Source: Eledone cirrhosa (Eukaryota). Taken from it: DNA of 64,000 nucleotides. Below the pieces are notes generated by a model, which saw only the letters and a list, made by a program, of their open reading frames with translations, did not search any database and was not told where the DNA came from. Positions within the stretch are counted from its first letter, which is position 1, and every line of letters begins with the position of its first letter. Below, one piece after another: positions 41,072-54,825 of this stretch. The stretch spans positions 66,650,001-66,714,000 of the forward strand of contig OZ024740.1 of assembly GCA_964016885.1 (NCBI GenBank). The letters are read 5' to 3'. The position numbers and the translations under genes were made by a program.

Positions 41072-41126
41072 ACTGCTATATATATTTCGGTGACAGCTAT
41101 CTTTGGCTGTGACCTCTTCAGGCAGT
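41072..41126 (-). ncRNA. Type I hammerhead in a short element between TA tracts (~41020-41237)
   Basis: ACUGC-CUGAAGA-GGUcACAGCcaaagauaGCUGUcACC-GAAA-UAUAUA-UA^-GCAGU, with all three stems present. Confidence 0.85.
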
Positions 41127-41233
41127 CCGAATTAGTGTGGTAGAGACGGGTACACATGTTGAGGTGTTAACTTTGTCAATATTCTGATATGCCCAGTTCC
41201 TGGTTGGGTTGTTGTTTCTATGAGGAACTTGAG

Positions 41234-41283
<50 letters not shown>

Positions 41284-41924
41284 ACATCAAAAGATGGTTA
41301 AAAATATATGAGTTTGGAAAAAAGGAAAGGAAGGGGGAAAGAAAAGGTAAGGAACAGGAAGAAAAAATTATATATAGAAGAAAAAAATATAATAATAAGG
41401 AAATGATGACGGAGGAGGAGTACGTGAAGGAAGGATGGCAGAGGAAGAGAAAATGAGTGAGAGAGAGAGATAACCTTTAATACTGAGTAACACTCTGTCA
41501 CAGAGAAATAAAAAAAAAACCGTTGTAAGATAATACATAATTGAGAAAATTATGAAATTAAAAGTTAATGAGGATTATGAATGGTGATGCTTATGATTAA
41601 AGAAAAAAGAATTGAGAATACTATTTATTTAATGTTTATATATTGAAGGGTTTAATAAAATGTATTATTAAAATAAATTATACTAAGAGAATAAGGTGAA
41701 TGAAGATAAGGTTAAATGAATTATGAACTTAGAGGAATTAATTAGGGTCCGATTTTGTTTCGATATATTGTAATAGGAAAAAGTAAATAATAGAGTTAAT
41801 ACGAGAATGGAAAAAGAGAAGAAAAAAATATTCAAGGAAATTCTATCTATAATTTTTTCTTCCTGATCCTTACCTTTTCTTTCCCCCTTCCTTTCCTTTT
41901 TTCAAATCTCATATATCCCTCTAA

Positions 41925-41991
41925 TTTTATCTGATGAGAACGCAAATATCATCCCATGATGATATCTGTTTTTGAAATGCGCATAATAAAA
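41925..41991 (+). ncRNA. Type I hammerhead (family C)
   Basis: UUUUAU-CUGAUGA-[long stem II with auaucauc/gaugauau]-GAAA-UGCGCA-UA^-AUAAAA, with palindromic stem III AUGCGCAU. Confidence 0.85.
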
Positions 41992-42114
41992 TACATAGAA
42001 CTCTTTTAACCATCTTTTGATTTAATATTATTTGTACTCCAGTCCTATAAACTTTTGAGTGCTACTTATACGATATTTGCATTGTTCTATTGTGCTACAA
42101 CAAAACTCACCCCT

Positions 42115-42183
<69 letters not shown>

Positions 42184-42367
42184 GGAGGTGAGTTTTATTG
42201 TAGTACAATAAAGCAATGCAGATATCGGATAAGAAGCACTCTACAGTTTGTAGGACTGGAGTATGCATAATATAAGATCAAAAGATGGATAGTGGATAGT
42301 GCAGTTATGTTGATTTAAAACTGCACTATCCACAAGTGTTTTTTAGCCTTCATATCATGTTCTCCTG

Positions 42368-42434
42368 TTTTATCTGATGAAAACACAAATATTAGTGCAT
42401 GATGATGTTTGTTTTTGAAATGCGCATAATAAAA
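42368..42434 (+). ncRNA. Type I hammerhead (family C, second copy)
   Basis: UUUUAU-CUGAUGA-aaacacaaauau...auguuuguuuuu-GAAA-UGCGCA-UA^-AUAAAA. Core, stem I and stem III are identical to the first copy while stem II has diverged. Confidence 0.82.
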
Positions 42435-42466
42435 TACGTGGAACTCCTTTAACCATCTTTTGATCT

Positions 42467-42586
<120 letters not shown>

Positions 42587-43287
42587 GTGTGTGTGTGTAT
42601 TATTATATGTATGTATGTATATACATATATATGTATATGTGTGTGTGTGTATGTGTGTGTGTGTTTACAGAGAGAAAGAGAGAGAGAAGGGGGAAGATCA
42701 CTACACCTACGCACATGCACAAAAGCACACGCACTAAAGGACAGTTCTTGATCATTTTGTTGGTTGTATAATCATTATTTTTATTTTTTGTTTTGATACA
42801 ACCCTTCAAATTCTGACATAACAGGAAACAAAGAAAAACATATGTCAACATATATAATCTTTCTATGCACTAACCATGACACTCCCAATTTTTGGCGCAG
42901 AATCTACAAAAAAATGTTCTATTGCTAATCACAGTGTCATCAATTGTTCACAGAAAAATCTACACATCTCAATATTTAATTACGGTATTTTTCACAACCT
43001 GTCCAATTGTCCTTTAAACAGATAGTATACTGCTCCTTTATTTTGCATATCCCTATCACACTTAACTTTTGAAAATCATGCAAACGTGCAACCGGTAAAG
43101 TTATTAGTAAATCTTCTATTGAAATTATTTTTTCATATATATATTCTATACATATATAAAGTTATATAATATTTAAGAAAAACATACGAATTTGTTGAGC
43201 TGCTTATAGTGTGACTAGTGCTTTGCACCTCTTTCTAGTGGATATGACGTCCATTACAGTTTATATCTGCTGCCACAGGTAAAACCT

Positions 43288-43560
43288 CGACTTCTTTGTG
43301 TGGGGCGCAGTTGAACGAGACACCAACAGATGTAGCTGCAATACGAAAGACGATCTGAAGGCCAGATCAGTGACGAAGGCCTGTAGCTGGTTCCGAGGCC
43401 GTCATCAAAGCCAATGGCGGGTTTATGGAGTGAGATCGAAAGAACAAGTCATGAAGACAAACTGACACAAGTTTGATAAATATATCTTAAAAAATAAAAC
43501 TACTGTCTCATCTTTTCCTAGACAGTAATCTTGCGAACAAATATCGTCCGCACTCTGTAT
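43288..43560 (+). mobile_element. 3' fragment of a Tc1/mariner-type transposon
   Basis: LDFFVWGAVERDTNR...KDDLKAR...EAVIKANGGFME*, ending in the TIR-like tccgcactctg-TA. Confidence 0.65.
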
Positions 43561-43696
43561 ATATGTGTGTGCCTGTGGCCTTAATACCCGTCACAGACAC
43601 ACTCATACACATGCATACACACACACACACAAGTAATAATTTCGTTCAACAACACCACCAGCTCTCATCCTCTCTCTCTCTCTATATATATATATA

Positions 43697-44358
43697 TCAT
43701 CATCATCATCATCACCGTTTTACGCCCCTTCTTCCATGCTAGCATGGGTCGGACAGGTTGTCCTGTTTTGGGCAGAGTCCGGTCAGCAGACCTTGTCTTG
43801 CTCATATGGGAACTGATTCTGGCTTGATTTCTATAGCTGGATGCCCTTCCTAACATCAACCTAATTTACAGTGAGTGCTGGGTGCTTTTTTTCCGTGGTG
43901 CCTACACGTCCACTTTACAGTGTGGGCTGGGTGCTTTTTTGCCGTGGCACCTCCACGAGGGCGTGGGGGCATATTGTCTATATGCTTCAGCTTCAGCTTG
44001 TACCCGTGGGGTGGTCGGGTCTTCTGTATTACTGCATGACGCCAGAGGTCACGGTCCTGTGTCATCGCCTTTGAGAGGTGTAATTGGGTAAGGTCGGCTT
44101 TTATCACCTCATCCCAGGTCTTCTTGGGTCTCCCCACTCCACGGTTTCCATCGACTTCTAGTGCTCTGCACCTTTTTATGCAGCTGTCATCCTTCATACG
44201 CATCACATGTCCATACCAACGCAACCGCCTCTCCTGCACACAGCATTTGATTCCTCTTATGCTCAGTCTCTCTCTCAATTCGTTTATGCTTTTCCGTTCA
44301 CGTATATTACTATTACACATCCAACAGAGCATGCAGGCTTCGTTTCTTTCTAATCTGC
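43697..44358 (-). mobile_element. 5'-truncated RTE LINE
   Basis: MLCWMC...RRLRWYGHVMRM...GRPKKTW...DRDLWR, with a (GAT)n 3' tail at ~43697-43713. Related to 45503-47900. Confidence 0.9.
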
Positions 44359-44767
44359 TGCCACAGGTAAAACCTTATTACACCACGCTGTCTATAGTGT
44401 TGGCCTAACTCTCGGATCCCGTCAGATATAAAAGTATTGAGAAATCTATACTCTATTGGGACATATTCAAAGACTACATTCGTCTAATGGTTGATTGATG
44501 TCTCATGTAGCTTTACCAAAATCGATAGTTCATAGTCCATAATCAATTGATTAGATCAAATTTGATGATGGTTTACGAATCATGAAATGGTACCAAAAGG
44601 AAAGAAGAGCATTTCCACCGCGAAGTACGTATTATTTCCTGAAAATTAAGTACTTTATATAAGTCAATATAAATTACTATGTGTTCCTCAAATGATATAT
44701 GGTTCTTTCTCTCCTTCTCTCTCCCTCTGTTTCTCCCTCTCTCTGTTTCTCTCACTGCTCTCTCTCC

Positions 44768-44904
<137 letters not shown>

Positions 44905-45296
44905 TATACAAGTCAATCCAAAAGTAAGGTCTCCTTCCGATATTCCAACTTTTCCGTTAAAATCCTGTGGATGGTGCTTCGGAAACCTCAGGAACCAAAA
45001 TCCAAAGAGCATCCAGAGTGATCCGCCGATATTTACGCATGTTTTCCTCGGAAGGAGAATCTTCAATCTATCTGTCACATTCTTTATTCTGATGAAGGAC
45101 TAGCGTCCGAGACGTTCAGTCCCTCTTCCTGCTATTTCAAGCGTTCACCTAATATATTCCTTTATATACTGCACCGATGGTGTTGCTATTTCCGTTTACC
45201 TTTTACAAGTATATACATATATATATATATATTTATGTGTATGTGTGTGGAGGTGGGGGGGGTTGATGGGGGTGTGTGCGTGTGTGTGTGTATGTT

Positions 45297-45475
45297 TATC
45301 CCGGGTTCAAACGGAGGTAAGTATGGTACTCAATACATAGCAGAGTATAAATATTTAATATTGAAATGGATTCTACAGAACTAGAACTGTTTCATTCGGA
45401 GTAAATTATCAGGAAAGCTTTCCTGATGATTTCCTCCGAGTGAAATAGTTCTAGTCCTTTAGATACCATTTCTAT
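45297..45475. repeat. Fold-back derived from a Naiad-like pseudo-LTR
   Basis: Palindrome centred on aagctt (45415-45420) with a CUGAUGA..GAAA core in the right arm. The left arm plus tail is the reverse complement of ~60232-60355. Confidence 0.8.
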
Positions 45476-45502
45476 ATATATATTATATATATATATATAT
45501 AT

Positions 45503-47900
45503 CATCATCATCATCATCATCATCAACGGTTAACGTCCGTGTTCCACGCTTGCATGGGTTTGGACAGGGGTAGTCCCACTTGAGGCAAGAGTGATTGTCT
45601 TGCTCGCATAGGACTGTCTGGCAGGTTTTCTACAGTTGGATGCCCTTCCTAACACCAACCACATTTACAGTGTGGGTCTGAGAGGTTTTTACCGTGTTGC
45701 CTACACGGCCACATTACAGCGTGGACTGTGTGTTTTTTTTGTCGTGACACCTACACGATCTCATTTGTTTCGGCCTGGATGGCGCGGCACCAACATAACT
45801 TTACATAGAACGGGGTGGTGTGGATGGGGTGGAGGCGGTGGTGGTGGGATGGGGTGTATTTTGTTAGAGATGCCTACTGGCTGGAGTAGGTTTTACTATA
45901 TATTTAGGTAAGGCGGGTCTTCTGTGTTACTGAGTACCGCCAAAGGTCTCGGTCCAGTGACATTGTCTTGGAGAAGTGTAAATGTGTGATGTCGGAGTTT
46001 ATCAGCTCGTCCCAGGTTTTTCTAGGTCTGCCTATTCCGTGACTACCGTCTATCTTTATTGCCCTGCACTTTGTTATACAGCTATCGACTTTCATGCGCA
46101 TCACGTGTCCATACCAACGTAGCCTTCTCTCGAGTAAACAACATCTGATCCCTCTTATCTCTAATTTTTTCCTTAGTTCGTTTATGCTTTGCCGTTCACG
46201 TATATTACTGTTACACATCCAGCGGAGCATGCAAGCTTCGTTCCTCTCTAGTCTGCGTATATCCTCTGCACACAATGCCCAGGTCTCACTGCCATGCAAC
46301 ATTGCTGTTCGTATGCAGGCATCGTACAACCTGCCTTTCATTTTTAGGGAGAACCCTTTAGCAGCTAATAGTGGTATAAGCTCTCTGAACTTTTTCCAAA
46401 CAGTTCTGACTCTAGCTACTGTACTTTCAGAGCACCCTCCCCCACTGCTGATTTTATCACCCAGGTAACGGAAACTGTCCACTATTTCTATAGAACCCTC
46501 TGCGCAATTGAAAGAGCTAGTATTTTTGTGTGCACTTGCTGCTACATATTGCACCAGAACACCGGCCACATGTAAAATCTATGTTCTTAGTTAGCTTACC
46601 TGTGATCCCACTACATATTTTATGCACCCATACTTTGCATTTAGGACATAAAATGGAGTTTCTACCTACGCCTTTCCTACACACCGAGCACGACCATTTC
46701 CCAGAAGGGACCACCGCCTTGTTTTCTTTCCTACAAACTAGAACTTTGAATTTTAAGTCCTTTTGACTCTAGGCCGTGCTTCCATGTTTGGAATTTCTTC
46801 TCTAGCTCGGCCATTGATTCCGCTATGAGTGTCAGGTCGTCTGCGTATAGGAGTTCCCATGGGCAGCCTGTCTTGAACTCCTCTGTTATAGCCTGAAGGG
46901 CAATAATAAATAGTAGGAGGCTGAGAACAGAGCCCTGATGGACGCCAACTTTTACGCTAAACTCTTCACTATATTCGTTGTTAATTCTAACCTTGCTGAC
47001 TGTTTCTTTATACATGGCTTGTATAGCCCTCACAAGCCATTCGTCAACGCCTAGTTTTCTAAGAGCCCACCAGATAATGGAGCGGGGGACTCTGTCGAAG
47101 GCTTTCTCCAAGTCGACAAAAGCTAAGTAGAGGGGTTTACCTTTAGCTAGGTACTTCTCCTGTAGTTGTCGTACTATGAAAAGAGCGTCTGTGGTACTTT
47201 TGCCTGACACAAACCCGAACTGCATTTCATCTAGGTCAATTCTCTCTCTGATTAGTTGCGCTATTACTTTTTCCGTGACCTTCATGACCTGGTCGATTAA
47301 TTTAATGCCTCTATAGTTACTCCTATCTAGGGCGTCTCCTTTACCCTTATAACAGTTAACGATGATGCTGCTATGCCAGTCCTTCGGAACAACCCCATTC
47401 TGTACGACTTGGTTAACTATGCGGGTGACCATGGTGTGTCCCACCGTGCCAGATGCCTTCAGCATCTCAGCAACTATTTCCGAAGGCCCAGCCGCCTTAC
47501 CCGTCTTCATATCCTTGATTGCCTTACTTATTATACTCCCCTCGACTAACACTGCTGGTCCCTCTATTGGGTCGATATGGGGGAGACTGTCTTTCTCCCA
47601 TTTATTCTCCTCATTTAGTAGCCTTTCATAGTGACACTTCCAAGCTACCTTCTTATCAGCGTCGGTGATGGCAAGTGTGCCATCGTCGTTTAGTACACAC
47701 TTCTCCCCGACAATATCACGGTTTTCCTTGACGCATTGCCTAGCAATCCTGAACACCTCACGTTTTTGGTCATCGCGTTGTAGAACATGCTTGAACTTTC
47801 TTTCCTCAGCTTCCCTTCTTGCTAAGTACACTTGTCTCCTAGCTTCCCTCCTGGCCACTTGATAGTCTTCTCTACTTCCCCCATCCCGCCATACTTTCCA
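45503..47900 (-). mobile_element. 5'-truncated RTE LINE (RT, Cys/His finger insert, C-terminus), frameshifted
   Basis: NYRGIKL, QFGF..GKSTTDA, FVDLEKAFDRVPR, GVHQGSVLS, LLYADDL, CSVC...CPKC..WVH..C, FRYLGD and RRLRWYGHV, with a (GAT)n tail. Confidence 0.93.
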
Positions 47901-47902
47901 AG

Positions 47903-47964
<62 letters not shown>

Positions 47965-48004
47965 TTCCAAATATTAACAAAATAGATATTCTTGTGATCA
48001 ATTA

Positions 48005-48071
48005 TATTTTATTATACAAATTTCAGAGGTACTGAATTAAGTTCAACAGTACGTCCTCATCAGATAAAATA
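48005..48071 (-). ncRNA. Type I hammerhead (family D)
   Basis: UAUUUUAU-CUGAUGA-ggacguacuguugaacuuaauucaguaccucu-GAAA-UUUGUA-UA^-AUAAAAUA, with an 8-bp stem I. Confidence 0.75.
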
Positions 48072-49168
48072 AAATGATACATGACATACCCTGACAATGT
48101 AGATGGTTAAGATTAATCAAGGTAGTGATTAACTTATGACAAAACTCAATAGGTATACCCTAATATTGAGAACATGAGAAAGCGTAATACATTCAATAGA
48201 GAGAGTGTGAGTAATATATTTTAAGAAATACATGGCATCAATATAACTGTTATAGAATGTTTTATATAAAAAAAAAAATACTAGAGAAATAGGGAGAGGA
48301 AAGCATAGAGTAAGAAGTAGCTGATGTTATAACTTATTTAGTATTTAACTTGAGAAGACAAATGAAAGATGATTAAAGCGTGAGAGAGAAAAAGGGGAGT
48401 AATTTATGCTCAAGTATCTACATACACATCTTCATATATAGCTGACGGTTAATTTTCAAACTATTTAATTTATGTTATTTGAGGGTAAAGAACAACATTT
48501 TAGGTTTTAAAAGTTAATGGGTATTTGTATTAATATTATAATATATAATTATGAAGACAAATTTAAAGGATTTATGAAACCCGCGAAAGAAAGAAAATAT
48601 ACATATAATGTGCGATATCCCCACGAAGGTAATTTTTACCAAAATTACTTATACTATCGACAACAGTTTCTATAATATAATTCATGAGATATTTATAGTT
48701 ATAACTATTAAAGAATTTATTGTTAAATATTTTGAGTGCCTAAAGAATCAACAGGTCTTATATTTGAACTTAATGAAGTCAGAATTTTCAGCTATATATA
48801 TGTCCAAGATTATAGATTATTATTTGTACATAAATTGTATTAAGTAAATGATTATATAAGTTTGACCTTCCAGGGAAAACCAAACACTTATAATAATGTC
48901 ATTTCAGTGTTTAAATTATTTATAAATGTAACTACGATTATGTCATTACACTATATAAAGATATGTGTACAAACTATATATAGATATAATAGGTATTAAT
49001 GAAACGATATACATTTAATAAAGAATAATAATTATAATCATTGTTAGTAGTTTTACCGCCAGTTCAGTGGGGAAATAGACCAATAGTTGACACCTATTAT
49101 GGTTTGTTAAATATACATAAAACAGCAAATCCAACTTTCTGAGTTCCCAAAAACCATCTCAAAATGAG

Positions 49169-49208
<40 letters not shown>

Positions 49209-49286
49209 GAAATTAAGATAAATCAAATGAATTTAATCTAAATCAAAATTATGGGTGTCATGCCATAAAGACATGCGCCATATCAC

Positions 49287-49326
<40 letters not shown>

Positions 49327-49684
49327 TAGTAAATTTGAAGACTAAAATCCAAAGAGGGCTCGATAAGGATAAATGTATATCAAATATATAAGAACCGTAG
49401 AGCAAATCTTTTATTTTAATATATATATATATATATTATATATATAATATGCAACCGCATGAATGATCAACAGTTAAAATTGTAATAAGTAAATTTAGAT
49501 AACTAAACTATATATTTAAAACAGAGACAGAAAAATAAAGATCTGAATCAAAGTTAAAAAATATCTATATCAAGTTCTCAATATTAGGGTATACATATTG
49601 AGTTTTGTCATGAGTTAATCACTACCTTGATTAATCTTAACCATCTACCATGTCAAGGTATTTCATGTATCATTTTATTTTATA

Positions 49685-50452
49685 CTAGCAGTAAAGCCCG
49701 GCGTTGCTCGGGGTCGCTCAGTAGCTGTGTTAAAGTTACAATGTTAAGTTTCTTTTTTGGCTTAAAAACTGTAATGTCTACTGTGCAGACTTGCATGTGG
49801 TGTTTTTGATTAATATTCCCTCAACCAACAATATGCCTTATGAAGTTAAGAAAACATAACGATAACCCGAATGTTATAACAAAAGAGGATGCTGGGGATA
49901 AAAACTGCACTGGTTATTTATTAACAAAGATCGAAAATGTAAACACTGCAACGCAGAGAAAAACATTAGCGTAACCAAATTATCAGTTATGTCTGTCTGC
50001 ACGCCGATATCACCTCTCTGCACGACTATCTGTCTGCACGCCTGAAATATTTGCTTGTTTTACGTAGTCTTTAAATAGACTTGTTTTCATGTAAAAATAT
50101 TGTTTTAAAATGCTTTTAAATGGAAATGAAGCAAAACGGAAGCTTAGTGTTCGAACGTATTGTGTTAATGTCATTTTAAACGCTGAGAAAGCCAGCGTAA
50201 TTTTTTACGTAAGACGCTCAATGTAAACAGAACAAAGGGAAATAACTGATCGCTTACGCTCAAAAATCGATACATTATATTCGATTTCGTCACATAGGGT
50301 GGGTCAATTTGAAATTTTTTTTTTCCGATGTCTTCGCTAGGGCTCAATGTACAAGTCTAGCAATTTCGGTGCAATTCCGTGAGAGATTCTAAGAGGAGAT
50401 GTGTGCCAAAAATCGATAGACAGACAGACAACCACAGTTTTATATATATAGA
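49685..50452 (-). mobile_element. Non-autonomous Helitron
   Basis: The minus strand begins TCTATATATATAAAA and ends with a GC-rich hairpin CCCGAGCAACGCCGGG followed by CTAG. Inserted between A and T with no TSD, and it interrupts otherwise colinear family D sequence. Confidence 0.85.
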
Positions 50453-50643
50453 TGATGAGGACGTACTGTTGAACTTGATTCATTACCTCTGAAATATGTA
50501 TAATAAAATATAATTGATCACAAGAATATCTATGTTGTTAATATTTGGAATTAATATTAATAATTCTGGAAAATATAACTGTAGAGTGCTTCCAATCTAT
50601 TGTAAAACTCATTCTTTGAGGTATCCATTGAATCTTGTTTACA

Positions 50644-50686
<43 letters not shown>

Positions 50687-50688
<2 letters not shown>

Positions 50689-51148
50689 GATAACAAAATA
50701 TCGTTATAGGTAATTCAGTTAGAGGTTGTGAATACATCTTATTATGGATAGTTTTAGCGTACAGAGTTGTTTGATTCAACAAGAGGTTTACGTAGATGAC
50801 AAGTTTATGATTTCACTTGTATTCCTATCTAAGTTTATCTTGGAGTAATAAAATTGAAAAAGTGAAGAATAACATGGTTAACAGTACAAAAATGGGGGAA
50901 TTATTTACAGTCTAACAATTGTTTTCTGATTAAGTTGTCTAAAAATTGCTGAACACTAGAACCAGTGCCACTCAATTTCAAATAAGATGCTAGCTCAATC
51001 AGATTGAGCTTACATCGTCTGTGAAATTGAGTGGCAATGCTCCTAGTGTTCAGTAAGTTTTACACAACTTAATCAGAGAAACAATTGTTAAACTGAAAAT
51101 AAATCGTCCTTTTTTTGTACTGTTTAACATGTTATTCTTCACTTTTTC

Positions 51149-51154
<6 letters not shown>
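50687..51154. repeat. Fold-back element family E (~150-bp arms centred at ~51001, tail to the left)
   Basis: aaaattgaaaaagtgaagaataacatg...agctcaatc-a-gattgagct...catgttattcttcactttttcaatttt, flanked by (TA)n. Confidence 0.82.
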
Positions 51155-51207
<53 letters not shown>

Positions 51208-51210
<3 letters not shown>

Positions 51211-51802
51211 TGGCTGCCAACTCGTTTTCGAGTACGGCCACTACTTTATATACATGTAGGAAAACCCCCTACCGAATCGCTGAACGAGTGTGACTTTTTA
51301 GTCCAGCTTGCGACTTGAAAACTCTGGTACAAACACTACACTTGTGACAATTATTGACACATAGTGCTGGGCCCATGGTACCGTGTGACGACAAGTGCAG
51401 ACAGATCTTCAGATATAAAGCAATGCCTGTGGCATGAAGCTTTTATAGTGAGCAAAGGCACTGCACAAAGCCAGTCCCACTCTCTTAAACAAGATGATAT
51501 TTACCAAAAAGAAGAACAAGTCAACATCATTGGATACTATCAGGGTTGCAGGTGTTATATCAGAGTTTTCCTTCTCCTAGAATTCTGCCTTGACAAAGGC
51601 TACAGGGTCATCTCTCCCGGTGATTTTGGATGGCAATTGACTCTTAAGAGCTCCTTTGCCTTTTGACAGGTTTTGTTTTTAGTCCTGCAGGATGTCCAAA
51701 GTCACCCTGCTCACCAAGAAACATTGGTGGGGTTCCAGATTAGTCGCCAACGACCCGACCATAAGACAGGTTGTACTGGAATACATGTTACCAGTAGCAC
51801 CA
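51208..51802 (-). repeat. Inverted copy of the 8652-9260 repeat
   Basis: Colinear reverse complement. The ORF track shows near-identical spurious peptides for both copies. Confidence 0.85.
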
Positions 51803-51831
51803 TGTATATGTATATATACATACACACACAC

Positions 51832-51862
<31 letters not shown>

Positions 51863-51913
51863 AATACATTATCGGAGAAAGCTTTTTAGCGATACTCCTA
51901 CCAATGTATAAAT

Positions 51914-51982
<69 letters not shown>

Positions 51983-52226
51983 CAAGCATATATATATTTG
52001 AGAAATACGTATATGTATGTGAATGTGCGTGTGTATTATAAGACGGCTCAAATGTAGGAAATTTCTTCATAACAAAGCTAAAGCGCATGCATATGATACT
52101 ACGATGCTTTCATATAATAATAGTTTTGAAATATATACTATTATTTTCCTTAATCCTGAAAATTCATTTCTTGAACTGATATGGTTTCTTGGAAGTACAC
52201 CAAACATGTTACTCCTCTTTCTTTAA

Positions 52227-52261
<35 letters not shown>

Positions 52262-52263
<2 letters not shown>

Positions 52264-52411
52264 GGAACCAGTAAGACCCCGACGGCTGAGCCCAAGCCGT
52301 TTCGAGCTCAGCCGTCGGGGTCTTACTGGTTCCTATTACCCACTCTACTATCCAAGTATTGAGTACTTTGGTGCGTTATGGTCCACCTGGTTCCTTACCA
52401 CATTTCCTTCG

Positions 52412-52414
<3 letters not shown>
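52262..52414. repeat. Fold-back element family A, copy 4 (opposite orientation)
   Basis: taggaaccagtaagaccccgacggctgagc and gctcagccgtcggggtcttactggttccta, followed by the tail ttacccac...ttccttaccacatttcc. Confidence 0.85.
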
Positions 52415-52491
<77 letters not shown>

Positions 52492-52771
52492 TAGAAAGTG
52501 AGGCTTTTTTACAAAATGAAAAATAATCGAGGTGTCCTACACGAGTGACAGTATAGAGAAAAAAAAGATCAAATCGAAAATGTTACTGGAGTCTTATTTA
52601 AAAATATATATATATATATTTATTTCGTTCTTTTACCGATTTCGCAGTTCTTCTGCTTTTCAAAAGTAGAGTTGTGATGGAGGGTCTGTGATTTTTCTCA
52701 GATCAGTTGCATTTTCGATTTCGTCTTTTTCTCTCACTCTCTCTCTCACTATATATATATATATATAAATA

Positions 52772-54727
<1,956 letters not shown>

Positions 54728-54738
54728 GCATATATAAT

Positions 54739-54821
<83 letters not shown>

Positions 54822-54825
<4 letters not shown>

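Larger units (their letters stand above)
47959..50645. repeat. Fold-back element family D (short arm 47959-48172; long arm 49571-49684 + 50453-50645, split by a Helitron)
   Basis: The arms are reverse complements over ~210 bp once the Helitron is removed. The right arm has an ~90-nt extra tail, and both ends abut (TA)n. Confidence 0.8.

Noticed and set aside
52555-52735. Further fold-back with a hammerhead-like remnant (also a remnant near 26820-26865)
   Set aside because: The arms are short and mismatched and the core is too degenerate to call.
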